DNA of 64,000 nt from Thermodesulfobacteriota bacterium (lineage in GTDB: Bacteria; Desulfobacterota; Desulfarculia; JACQYL01): the NCBI GenBank assembly GCA_963675595.2, contig CAXXLZ010000002.1, forward strand, positions 3,040,001 through 3,104,000. Direction: 5' to 3'. This document shows, in pieces, positions 9,732-19,226 of the stretch (positions within the stretch are counted from its first letter, which is position 1; each line of letters opens with the position of its first letter). The translations under genes and the position numbers were made by a program. Under the pieces are notes generated by a model. That model saw only the letters and a program-made list of their open reading frames with translations. It searched no databases and was not told the origin of the DNA.

Positions 9732-10613
9732 TTAGATATCCAGGTACGAGTCGGAGTACAAGGAATGCCCCATGATGACGCGAGCCGTCTTGTAGAATTC
9801 AAGCTGCTCTTTGTCCAACTTCGCGGGATCCATATCTTCCCCGTCCATGACCTTGTGGACGACTTCCACCAACTCCGGACGCTTACCCCAAGCGATCTGG
9901 TGCAGTCTTTCGTCGAAGGAATCCACGATGCAGGAGTACATGCCTTTTCTCTCCAGCATGATCATATAGGTCTGATTCAGGATCGGGCGAAGGTGTTCCG
10001 GAGGACCGTTGGACACATTGGAGAGTCCACAGGTCGACCTCGCACCGGGAGCGATGTCGTCCAGCATTTCCTGGAAGGCCAACAGGCTCATGCACTGCTG
10101 CTGCTGGATGTTGACGGGAGTGACGATTCCGTCCACGTAGATCTTCTCATTGGGGATGCCGGCCTCGTTCATGGCGTACACAAGCTCCACCACCAAAGCG
10201 GCCCGTTCGTTCTCGTCCCTCGGCAGGCCTTCGGGTCCCCACATGAGGGCGACCACGTCGGCGTTGTACTTGGCCGCTATGGGGATCATGGCTTCGTAGC
10301 GTTCCGGACGGCACATGATGGAATTCACCAGAGCCGTGCCTTTGTGAACTTGAAGACCCGCTTCCATGGCGGCGATGTTGGACGTGTCCAGTGCGAGAGG
10401 CACATCCGAGACCACTTCCTGGATCGTTTCCACCACCCAGGCCATCAGCTCATCGCCTTGTTTTCTGGCGGGGCCGAGGTTCACGTCGATCCAATCGTCC
10501 CCGGCCTTTTTCTGGGCCAGAGCCATCTCCTGGATCGGCTTCGGGTCGCGCTCTTTGAAGGCCTTCCCGATAACCTTGCTGATTACATTAAGGTTTTCGC
10601 CGATGAGTTTCAT
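9732..10613 (-). CDS. acsE: Methyltetrahydrofolate:corrinoid Fe-S protein methyltransferase
   Basis: Pterin-binding TIM barrel (IGENLN, IDVNLG, LALDT, CGLSNVS); last gene of the acs operon. Confidence 0.92.
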   Translation of the reverse strand: MKLIGENLNVISKVIGKAFKERDPKPIQEMALAQKKAGDDWIDVNLGPARKQGDELMAWVVETIQEVVSDVPLALDTSNIAAMEAGLQVHKGTALVNSIMCRPERYEAMIPIAAKYNADVVALMWGPEGLPRDENERAALVVELVYAMNEAGIPNEKIYVDGIVTPVNIQQQQCMSLLAFQEMLDDIAPGARSTCGLSNVSNGPPEHLRPILNQTYMIMLERKGMYSCIVDSFDERLHQIAWGKRPELVEVVHKVMDGEDMDPAKLDKEQLEFYKTARVIMGHSLYSDSYLDI

Positions 10614-10630
10614 TCTCCCCTCCTCTGTCT

Positions 10631-11980
10631 CTATTCAGGCTTCCATTCCTTGAGAAATTTGGGCAGGTGAGCTGCTTCCCTGGGTCCGATGAGCACCTTC
10701 CAATCGGGGAGCTCTTCTTCCATGTCGCCGCTGATGGCCGCGGCATACCCGGGAATAATGATGTTTCTGTGGGAAATCTTGTCGGTGATCCCGCACTTCT
10801 TGATATACGCCCCCACCATATCGCCCGAGAACTTGCCGGCGGCCCAGGCGGTCATGACGGAGAGACCTTCCGCATCCACGATGATTACCCAAGAGGGGAC
10901 GCGGCTGGCTTCGATTTCTCCGGTCACGATGAAGTACGTGAGTGAGAAGTTGGTGGTAACCATCACCGGCGAATTCTGATCCGGGTTGTTGATTTCGTAG
11001 ATTCCCGGTACCACGGTCATGGGCCGCTGCGGGTCGGTGTAAATGTTGAGCCGTTCCAGAAGCAGAGGGAATACGGTTTCGCCTTCGAAATCGGACATCA
11101 CGATGATGCCGCCGTATTTGGCCACCAACATGCCCGCAATGAGCGTTTCCATCTGAAGGTCCGCCGCCATTTCGCAGGGGAAGCAAATGGTTGGAAAACC
11201 CACTTCGCGATTCTGCTTCAACAGAGCGGCCCGACGGAGACCCATCTGATCTTCAAACAATTGCTTGACCGAACGGGCTCCCGAATCCATGACGATTTCC
11301 TTCAACCCCGCTTCGACGGCTTTGGCGGTCAGGGCTGTAAGGCCCTCGGCGGTATCGGCCTTGACGGCCAACGGAAATCCGCTTTCTTTCGCCAACGCTA
11401 CAACATCGTCCACGTTGTCTTTGGTCGCCGCATAGATCAGGGGATTCTTGCCTTCGGACACACCCACTCCGGCCTTCAGCACGTCTACGCTGTCACTCAT
11501 GAGCACGAGGCCGAAATCGGACACATCATAGATGCTCTTGGCCACTGCGGCAAAACGTTCCGCGTTTCCGTCCATGTCCTTCAAAGCGATCAGTTCGGGA
11601 CGGAGCATTACGCCCACGCGTTCATAATTGAAAGTATTCCATTTTCTCAACTTGGCGTCGATCACGTCGTCCGCCATATCCGTGGTGATCACTCCGGCGA
11701 ATCCGGGAGGTCCGTAAAAGGTCTTTTCATGCCTGAAAAGAACCGTTTCTCCGCCGATACTGACCTTTCTCGCCCCATATCCGATCTTCACCGGACGAAT
11801 GGGAGGGGCGGAGGCCTCGGCCAGCTTTTCTCTGGCCTCGTCGGACACGTAGGGACAAGCGTCCAAGTCGGCCTTTCCCGAGGCAAGATTCATTGCAAAA
11901 GCCAGGCAGGTGGGGACCCCGCACTCCTTGCAATTCGTCTTGGGAAGCAATTTAAAAATCTGAATTCCTGTCAATGCCAT
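10631..11980 (-). CDS. acsC: Corrinoid Fe-S protein large (gamma) subunit
   Basis: LPKTNCKECGVPTCLAFA...CPY cluster motif; IYTDPQRP, TTNFSLTY, SVMTAWAAGKF. Confidence 0.96.
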   Translation of the reverse strand: MALTGIQIFKLLPKTNCKECGVPTCLAFAMNLASGKADLDACPYVSDEAREKLAEASAPPIRPVKIGYGARKVSIGGETVLFRHEKTFYGPPGFAGVITTDMADDVIDAKLRKWNTFNYERVGVMLRPELIALKDMDGNAERFAAVAKSIYDVSDFGLVLMSDSVDVLKAGVGVSEGKNPLIYAATKDNVDDVVALAKESGFPLAVKADTAEGLTALTAKAVEAGLKEIVMDSGARSVKQLFEDQMGLRRAALLKQNREVGFPTICFPCEMAADLQMETLIAGMLVAKYGGIIVMSDFEGETVFPLLLERLNIYTDPQRPMTVVPGIYEINNPDQNSPVMVTTNFSLTYFIVTGEIEASRVPSWVIIVDAEGLSVMTAWAAGKFSGDMVGAYIKKCGITDKISHRNIIIPGYAAAISGDMEEELPDWKVLIGPREAAHLPKFLKEWKPE

Positions 11981-12005
11981 GTTCGTCTCCTTAGCTCTTT
12001 CCGGA

Positions 12006-12028
12006 TCCTCCCCCGATCAGGGGGAGGA
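12006..12028. other. Intercistronic stem-loop between acsB and acsC
   Basis: TCCTCCCCC-GATCA-GGGGGAGGA; possible mRNA stabiliser. Confidence 0.4.
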
Positions 12029-12058
12029 TATATCAACCAGCGATCATGAGAAGCGGGT

Positions 12059-14272
12059 CTAGCCGACAATGGGGTCCATCTTCAGCGCGGGATGTCCCAC
12101 CTTCTCGAGCCACGGATAGATTTCTTCTTCCGTCACACCCACAGTCTCATCGGCGATCAAGTCGATGAGGTTGGGAACTCCGAGTTCTTCTCCACGCCTC
12201 AGGAGACGATCCCGAATCTCTTCCTTCAAAGACTTGGGCATCCAGACCATCCGTAGGAGTCCGCCGTCACCCGCGATGAATTTTCTCTGGGTGATGTTGA
12301 ACTTGCTGTGACCCACGAATCCGGGGCTGGAAGCGCCGCCGCCCATGACGCCGGCCAACGTGGTGAACTTCATTCCGCTGGGAGTCATGCCGGTGTAATC
12401 CCTGTGTACGGTCATAATGCCGTTGCACATGGGCAGAACGGCCGCGATGGCCTCGCAGCAGCCGCAGGTGGTCATGGGTTCGTATACCAGGCTGTAGAAG
12501 TTGTAGCTCTGCACGGCACCGCGGCTCGCCTTCTGCACGAACTCGTTGACGCCCTTCCACTGGCCCAGGACCGTATCCAAACATTCGCCCTTTTCGATGG
12601 GCTGGTTCGGACCGGTGGGATTGATTTCATAAGAAGCCTTGCAGTCCATCCAATTGTACGCTCCGCAAAGACCCGTTCGTTCCGGGCTCACGGTGCACAC
12701 ATGGTTGGGAGCAAATGACTGGCAAAGAGTGCAGGAGTAGAAGATTTCGACGCTCTCGTCGGTCATCTTCTCGACGCGTTCGTCGCGATGTTTGTATTCG
12801 CCCCTGGCCCTTACCGTCAGTTTATCCACGTCTTCCTTCTTGGTGTACAGGGTCACTTCCACCTTATCCAAAATGGAGCCGAAGTCCTGATGCAGTTTGG
12901 CATGCAGGATGATTCCCAAATGCTCCAGGGTAAAGCCCTTTTCTATGGCCCCTTCACCGACTCGAATCCATGCAATGTCGCGCTGTCCGATATGCATCAA
13001 GCCTTGCGCATAGTTGATCAGGTGGTGAATCTGACGTTCGAGAATCGGCTCGAAGTCTTCCTGCATTTCACGCCCGGCCACCTGCACATAAATGCCCAGG
13101 GGAAGCCTGTCGCCTTTCTTGATGTCCTTGACGTTGGGACCGACCACCGTGACTTTGCCGTCCTCGATTTGGCCCATGTCCGCCATTTTCACCAACTCGG
13201 TCGCCTGAGTCTTGCCGCCGCCCATTTCCATGTACAGGTCGTCCTTGCGAACGCGCTCACCTTCGAAGGCCGGACCGTAAGCCAACGGGATGTCCACTTT
13301 GGCCACGGTAACCTTCAGACCGCGAACCTCGATGGACCGCTGCGGCATATCCTTGTGATCCACATTGGCCACCACGTGTTCGTAAGTACAAACACCGGTG
13401 GGCAGAATTTCGGGAACGTCCGTGTCCGCCAGGGTCGGGAAACCCCAGTTGACACATCCGGCCGCGTTGGCGGCCCATTCGGCGTTCACCTCGCCCAGCG
13501 CGTTGACGAAAGCGAAGATGCGGTCTTTATTGTAATGCAACATGCGCTTATAATCGCCGGGTTTGATACCACCGAACGCCATGGCGGCGCGGTTGGCGAA
13601 TCCGAGAGCGAACACCGCCGCGGAGATGTCGGGCCCAAAAGGCACCAAACGAGTACCCCAGCCGATCTGAACTCCGGCCTCCATGAGCTGTTGCGCGAAC
13701 GTGGTTCCATTCTGGTTCGCGCACATGAACACGTACAACATCTTTTTCTGGTATTCTTCAGCGATCCACTTGGCCGTCTCCGCATCGGGAGCCGCGCCTA
13801 CGATGGCCGCAAAACCGGGCGCCGTGCCGTCCACGAACTCCACGCCGCGTTTGCGGAAGATGGTGTCTTCAGCCGCGCCCAGCCAGATCTTCCCGTTTTC
13901 TTCGTCAATATCCTCTCCCACCACGTAGAAATCGGGATCGTCCACGTAACGGATGGCTTCCACGATTTCTTCGGCGAACAGAGCGGCCATACCGGCATCC
14001 AGCAACGGCCCAAGGTAAGGCAGATGATTCACACCCTTCATGTGGGCAGGCAGAAGCTTCTTGGCCACTCCCAGGGGCTGAGCGGCTTCTCCCAGGGTTT
14101 TCACCGGGATGCCGAGCAGGGAATAGATGATGGGCAGATAGTAAGCGGTATTAGGGAATTCCAGTTTCTGATCCGGTCCGTACTGCTCAATGGCCCGCTT
14201 CAGCGTGCCTTCAGCCTTCGAGACGATATTGTAGGCCCCTTGAATCGCGGCAAACGCTACCAATCTGGACAT
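12059..14272 (-). CDS. acsB: Acetyl-CoA synthase (bacterial-type, with N-terminal domain)
   Basis: FPNTAYYLP; A-cluster ligands CTLCQSFAPNHVC...GLCG...CGCC. Confidence 0.97.
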   Translation of the reverse strand: MSRLVAFAAIQGAYNIVSKAEGTLKRAIEQYGPDQKLEFPNTAYYLPIIYSLLGIPVKTLGEAAQPLGVAKKLLPAHMKGVNHLPYLGPLLDAGMAALFAEEIVEAIRYVDDPDFYVVGEDIDEENGKIWLGAAEDTIFRKRGVEFVDGTAPGFAAIVGAAPDAETAKWIAEEYQKKMLYVFMCANQNGTTFAQQLMEAGVQIGWGTRLVPFGPDISAAVFALGFANRAAMAFGGIKPGDYKRMLHYNKDRIFAFVNALGEVNAEWAANAAGCVNWGFPTLADTDVPEILPTGVCTYEHVVANVDHKDMPQRSIEVRGLKVTVAKVDIPLAYGPAFEGERVRKDDLYMEMGGGKTQATELVKMADMGQIEDGKVTVVGPNVKDIKKGDRLPLGIYVQVAGREMQEDFEPILERQIHHLINYAQGLMHIGQRDIAWIRVGEGAIEKGFTLEHLGIILHAKLHQDFGSILDKVEVTLYTKKEDVDKLTVRARGEYKHRDERVEKMTDESVEIFYSCTLCQSFAPNHVCTVSPERTGLCGAYNWMDCKASYEINPTGPNQPIEKGECLDTVLGQWKGVNEFVQKASRGAVQSYNFYSLVYEPMTTCGCCEAIAAVLPMCNGIMTVHRDYTGMTPSGMKFTTLAGVMGGGASSPGFVGHSKFNITQRKFIAGDGGLLRMVWMPKSLKEEIRDRLLRRGEELGVPNLIDLIADETVGVTEEEIYPWLEKVGHPALKMDPIVG

Positions 14273-14316
14273 AAAGGTTCTCCTTTTTTATTGAAGTTTT
14301 CGTAACCCGATTGGGA

Positions 14317-16355
14317 TTAAGCGGCGTCGAGCTTCTGACGGTCGGCCATATCCATGAGCACGCGTTCCTTCTTCTTATCGATGCCCAGAGCCTTACGCTT
14401 CATGTTGATGTGGTCGATCATCTTCTGAGCGTGCTCGTAAGGATCTTCCACCAGATCCCACATACCTCCGTAGATGTCCGCCAGTTCCTGGAACAGGTGT
14501 TTCTGCAGCCTCGGCGCTCCGCCTACCGGCAGGCCCACGCCGAACACCGTGTACACACCGGAGACCACGAAGTAGTGGCCGATGCTGATGGCTTTCTCGC
14601 TCATCCATTCCGGAGCGGAACCCGCGGCCGGCAGATCGCTGATGTCGTTGCCCAGTCCGCCCGTCTTCACCACTTCCGCCGCGGCCATCAGAATCCGGCT
14701 GTTGTCCACGCACGATCCCATGTGCAGCACCGGCGGAATTCCCACCGTCTCGCACACTTCCGCCAGACCGTCTCCACAGTAGACTTTCGCCGCTTCCGGC
14801 GTCAGCAAGCCCGCCTTGCCGCACGCCATGGCGTTGCAGCCCGTGGTCAACACGATGATGTCGTTCTTCAGCAGTTCCTTCACAATGGTCAGGTGCGCGC
14901 TGTCGTGACACGTACGCGCGTTGTTGCAGCCCACCACACCGCCGATTCCTCGAATGCGGCCGTTGATGATGTTGTCATTGAGCGGCTTGTAGGAGCCACG
15001 GAACGTTCCACCCAGATGATAGTTGATCGCCTCGTAGGAGAAGCCCGCCACCATCTTTTCCTTCTCCGGCGGAATCATCACGTCCGCGTGACGGTTCGGG
15101 AAATTGTCCACCGCCGTCTTCACGATCTCTTTGGCGTCCTCGTACGCGTGGTGCTCGTCGAACTCGATGTGTACCGTGTCTCCGCTCTCGATGCGCGCCC
15201 TGGGGTTCGTGGTGATCAGCTTGGTGTGGAAGCAAGTGGCGACGTTGGCCACGTTCTCCATGATGCACTGCACGTCCACCACCATGGCGTCCACCGCGCC
15301 CGTGATGATGGCCAGCTCCTGGGACAGGTAGTTCCCCGCGATGGGCATGCCGTGACGAACCAGAATCTCGTTGGCCGTACAGCACATCCCCGCCAAAACG
15401 ATCCCCTTGGCACCCTTGCTTCGGGCGTAATCCTGCATTTCGGCGCTCTGCGCCGCCACTACGATCATCTCGGAAAGCAGCGGCTCATGACCGTGCACGA
15501 TGATGTTCACGTGGTCCTGCTTCAAAACGCCCAGATTGATCTCACCGTGCACCGGGTAGGGCGTACCGAACATCACGTCCTGCAGGTCCGTGGCGATCAT
15601 GGAACCCGCCCAGCCGTCCGCGATCGCCGCGCGGCTGCACTGCTTGATGATGTTCTTGTAGTCCTGATCCACACCCATGTGCGTGCGGTGCATGATCTCC
15701 ACGATCTCCCGGTCGATGCCCCGGGGAATCACGTTGAGCTTCTTCCACAAATCATATCGGGCCTGGGGCGCACGCTTGGCGTAGTAAATTTCACCCTCCT
15801 GCTTGCCCCACTCGCCCAGAGCCTTGACTCCCACTTCCTCGGCGATCTCGAAAATGTCCCGATCCTTCATCTCGCCGTCCACTTCCACCTGAGTATCCAC
15901 CTCAAAGTCGCCGGCGATTTCCAGCAGCTTCACCGTATCCTTGATGGTGTAATCGTGGGTCTCCTTGCGGGCCGCCGCCAGGAAGGTTTCCGCCACGCCT
16001 CGGCCGTGGTCCGAGTGAGCCGCCGCGCCACCCGCCACCATGCGGGCGAAATTCCTGGCCGCGATGGTCTCGGGCGTGGCTCCACACAAGCCTTTCCTCG
16101 TATCCTCTCCCTGAATTCCTCCCTTGGCAGAGGCAAACGGCACGGACCCTGGGAACAAATCTTACAACAAATTCCCTGCACACCGATGTTGCACGGCTTC
16201 ATGGACTCCGCACGATCGAAAATCGTCTCGATGCCCATCTTCCGCGATTGCACGATCATTTTGGCCGACGCGCTGTCCACCGTCAGCTCTTGTACCTTTT
16301 TTCCTTCCTTGGCCTTCGGGGCAACGCTTTTCACCTTGGCTTCTTCAGTCGCCAT
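14317..16355 (-). CDS. cooS: Ni-dependent carbon monoxide dehydrogenase (AcsA/CooS), split by a 1-nt frameshift near 16122-16128
   Basis: N-terminal frame has PCNIG..CCKICSQGPCRLPLP; the C-terminal frame continues KGGIQGEDTRKGLCG...HSDH, HGHEP, MCCT, VQC, GCNN, TGC, GSCVDN, SEKA. Confidence 0.93.
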
Positions 16356-16490
16356 TATGAACTCCTTAATTATCCGGTTTGAGTATGGTCTTTAGAGTTC
16401 CGAAAAACATCACACTACGCGGGTTCCCTCCGGTTTCACTAGACCCTTTCATATAGAGCCGTTCCGGAAAGAAACATACGCCCTAAAGGG

Positions 16491-18050
16491 CTAATAGAGA
16501 CGTTTGTTAAACCGATCGACCTGTTTCATCAGTTTTTCGACAGGTCCTGTCTGCTCGGCCGCAGCGGTTTTCGGTATATCGACCGCGGCGCACACTTCAT
16601 GTTCATGGCCGGCCTTTTCAGCACGGCGAGCGTCGATTCTGGCCTGTTCCGCCGCTTTGGCTTTGGCTTTGGTTTCCGCTTTTTCTTTGGCTTCCGCCTC
16701 CGCTTTCGCCTTGGCTTCCGCTTCCGCCTTTACCTTTGCATCGGCTTCCGCCTTGGCTTTGGCTTCCGCTTCCGCCTTGGCTTTGATTTCGGCATCGGCT
16801 TTGGCCTTAGCTTCCGCCTCCGCCTTGGCTTTGGCTTCCGCTTCTTCCTTCGCCTTCACGTCCACTTGGGGCTCCGCAGCGGCGGGCTTGGCTTCCGGCG
16901 CGGGAGCGGCGGGCTTGGCCTCGGGTGCCGCAGCAGCGGGCTTGGGCGCGGGAGCGGCTTCTTTCTTAGCCTCTTCCTTCTTGGGCGGCGCCGCTTTCTT
17001 GGCTTCTTCTTCAAAGGCTTCCTTGACGATGGCCGGAAAGTCGCCTTCGGGTTTCTGCTTCATCTGCGCCAACTTGGCGGCGAGTTCATCGGGGCTGACG
17101 GCCAAGTCACCAGTGACCATCAATTCCAGGAACTTCTTCGCCAGCTTCACGGCTTCGGGATGACGCATGAAAAGAATGTCGGATCCTGCCAGAGCGTACG
17201 CCACGGCGGCCACGGATTCCATCATGACGCCTCTCTTCATGGGGTCGCCCAGGTCCGGAGCTTCTTCTTTGGTCAGTTTGGCTTCTTTGGATTTCCAGAT
17301 TTCATTGCCCAGGTTGTTCACCATGGGGAACTGGAGCTTCTCGTCTTCCTGCGCCAGCGCGGCCATTCTCAAGCGTTCCATAACGGAATAGCTGTATTCC
17401 ATGCCGTAGCCCAGGCCGCCTGTCGTGGGATCGATAAGAAGATCTTCCTTGACGCCCAGGTTTTCGAGAAGAATGTTCACCTGTTTGGCCAAGTTGACGT
17501 CGATGGGGCTGGAGGAAATGATGGTGTGTTTGTACCCAAGGGCCGCGGCGCCGATTGCCTTGTGATTCTTTTCTTCGACGGGACCAATGGCGAGATGTTT
17601 GCCTTCGAAGTCTTCGGCGATCTTCTTGAGAACTTCGGCGTCCTTCTCGGGATTGGCGCATCCCCAGATGATGATGGGAACGTCGACGGCGTCGACGACT
17701 TTCTTGACCTGGGCCGAGGCTTCTTCCGCGCCCGCGTTGCGACCGTTGGGATCGATGCTTTTCAATTGGACGACGATCATGTCGGCACCGTAGGTTTCGA
17801 CGCACTTCTTGGCCCACGCACCGGGATCTTTCACGACGTCTTTAAAGGGTTCCAAGGCGGCTTGCGGCCAGTCTTCAGGCTCCATGTCCCACACTTCCAT
17901 GGCAATACGAGTAGGATAGGGCATTTTACCTTCGAATAGATGGAAATTATATGCATTCTCTCCGCCCAGCTTGAGAGTGCTTCCAGGCCGACCGATCTCC
18001 ACTTCTCGAATGGCGCCGGCGTACTGAATTTTTGGAAGTTCGTAGGCCAA
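16491..18050 (-). CDS. acsD: Corrinoid Fe-S protein small (delta) subunit with about 190-aa Ala/Lys/Glu/Pro-rich C-terminal extension
   Basis: GGENAYNFHLFEG, SPIDVNLAKQ, DPTTGGLGYGMEYSYSVMERLR, MRHP. Probable TTG start 7 nt after GGAGG. Confidence 0.93.
   Translation of the reverse strand: MAYELPKIQYAGAIREVEIGRPGSTLKLGGENAYNFHLFEGKMPYPTRIAMEVWDMEPEDWPQAALEPFKDVVKDPGAWAKKCVETYGADMIVVQLKSIDPNGRNAGAEEASAQVKKVVDAVDVPIIIWGCANPEKDAEVLKKIAEDFEGKHLAIGPVEEKNHKAIGAAALGYKHTIISSSPIDVNLAKQVNILLENLGVKEDLLIDPTTGGLGYGMEYSYSVMERLRMAALAQEDEKLQFPMVNNLGNEIWKSKEAKLTKEEAPDLGDPMKRGVMMESVAAVAYALAGSDILFMRHPEAVKLAKKFLELMVTGDLAVSPDELAAKLAQMKQKPEGDFPAIVKEAFEEEAKKAAPPKKEEAKKEAAPAPKPAAAAPEAKPAAPAPEAKPAAAEPQVDVKAKEEAEAKAKAEAEAKAKADAEIKAKAEAEAKAKAEADAKVKAEAEAKAKAEAEAKEKAETKAKAKAAEQARIDARRAEKAGHEHEVCAAVDIPKTAAAEQTGPVEKLMKQVDRFNKRLY
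16641..16857 (-). repeat. About nine 24-bp repeats encoding KAKAEAEA-type octamers in the acsD tail
   Basis: KAKEEAEA KAKAEAEA KAKADAEI KAKAEAEA KAKAEADA KVKAEAEA KAKAEAEA KEKAETKA KAKAAEQA. Confidence 0.85.
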
Positions 18051-18223
18051 TTTCATACCTCCTTGGTGTATTTGTGAATTTTTTAACAAGGCACGGGTCA
18101 ACACATAACTTTAGTGAAATAATTCCCATGCTGTCAAGGAAAATTCCGCTCTCCCCGACGGCACGCCCATCGCTTCCCTTCTCGTTTTCCCTTGGCTCAA
18201 ACCTCTTTCGTTCGCCTCCCCCT

Positions 18224-18973
18224 TCAGTCCCCCAATATCTTCTCGAAAACCGAAAAGGAGGAAACTACCGAAACAGAATTGTCAGGCAGATTATAGGTTG
18301 GTTTTCCCTCTCCATCATAGTCGGATACCAGGGAATCCTCCGGAATCGTGCCCAAGAGGGGAAGATTCTCCTCATCCGCCAACTTCTCGACAATTTCCGG
18401 ATTGTCCGACTTCATCCGGTTGACGATCAAACCTCTTTTTCCAATCACCAACTTGAGGTCGTCCGCCAGTCGACTGATTCGCCCCGCCGCCTGAATTCCT
18501 CGACGGCTTGGGTCGGAAACCAACAAAAACACGTCGATGACTTTGGCGTTCATACGACTGATGTGTTCCATGCCGGCTTCATTGTCCAACACGATGTAAG
18601 GATAGTTTTCACTGAGACGGCTGATGTATTCGGCCAGCAGGGTGTTGGCGGCGCAGTAGCACCCCTCACCCTCCGGACGACCCATCACCAAAAGATCGAA
18701 ACCTTCCGCCTCCGCAAGGGCCTCCCCGATCTTCATTTCCATGAAGACATCTTTGGTCATGCCTTCCGGTACGCCTCGCTTCATTTCTTCCCGGGCGTTT
18801 CCCACCGTGTCGGGCACTTTCAGGCCCAGCACTTCGTTCAGATTTGAATTGGCATCCGCGTCAACGGCCAAGACCGGCTTCTTGTTCCGGCTCAACAGAT
18901 ATCGGACCAGCAGTGCGGCCAAGGTGGTCTTTCCAACCCCGCCTTTGCCGGCTAAGGCGATCGTCATTGCCAC
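18224..18973 (-). CDS. cooC: CODH/ACS nickel-insertion ATPase CooC/AcsF
   Basis: GKGGVGKT, DADAN, GCYC, DNEAGMEHISR. Confidence 0.93.
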   Translation of the reverse strand: MAMTIALAGKGGVGKTTLAALLVRYLLSRNKKPVLAVDADANSNLNEVLGLKVPDTVGNAREEMKRGVPEGMTKDVFMEMKIGEALAEAEGFDLLVMGRPEGEGCYCAANTLLAEYISRLSENYPYIVLDNEAGMEHISRMNAKVIDVFLLVSDPSRRGIQAAGRISRLADDLKLVIGKRGLIVNRMKSDNPEIVEKLADEENLPLLGTIPEDSLVSDYDGEGKPTYNLPDNSVSVVSSFSVFEKILGD

Positions 18974-19226
18974 GACTTACGTCTCCTTCCTTCAGGACCA
19001 AGAGATCGTTCTATTGAGAAACCGATCCCCTCCGTGGGGTCGGTTTGTTTCATTCCAACCCTTCTCTCTTATAACAAAACATTTTCGCGATCAACCTTCC
19101 TTGGATGTAGAGCCCCAACACCGCAAAAAGATTCAATTTCGATCTGAGGCTTGTCAACGGCCTTTCATTCCCGTATAAGGTAGGCTGGATTGGAGTATTT
19201 TAATCGTTTAATCAGGTTCTTATCTT

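Noticed and set aside
12788-16395. Long + strand ORFs (505 aa and 694 aa) antisense to acsB and cooS
   Set aside because: Shadow ORFs expected from strong GC3 codon bias; no recognisable motifs.
16504-17939. + strand Ala/Ser-rich and Phe/Gly/Arg-rich ORFs
   Set aside because: Antisense readings of the acsD low-complexity tail.
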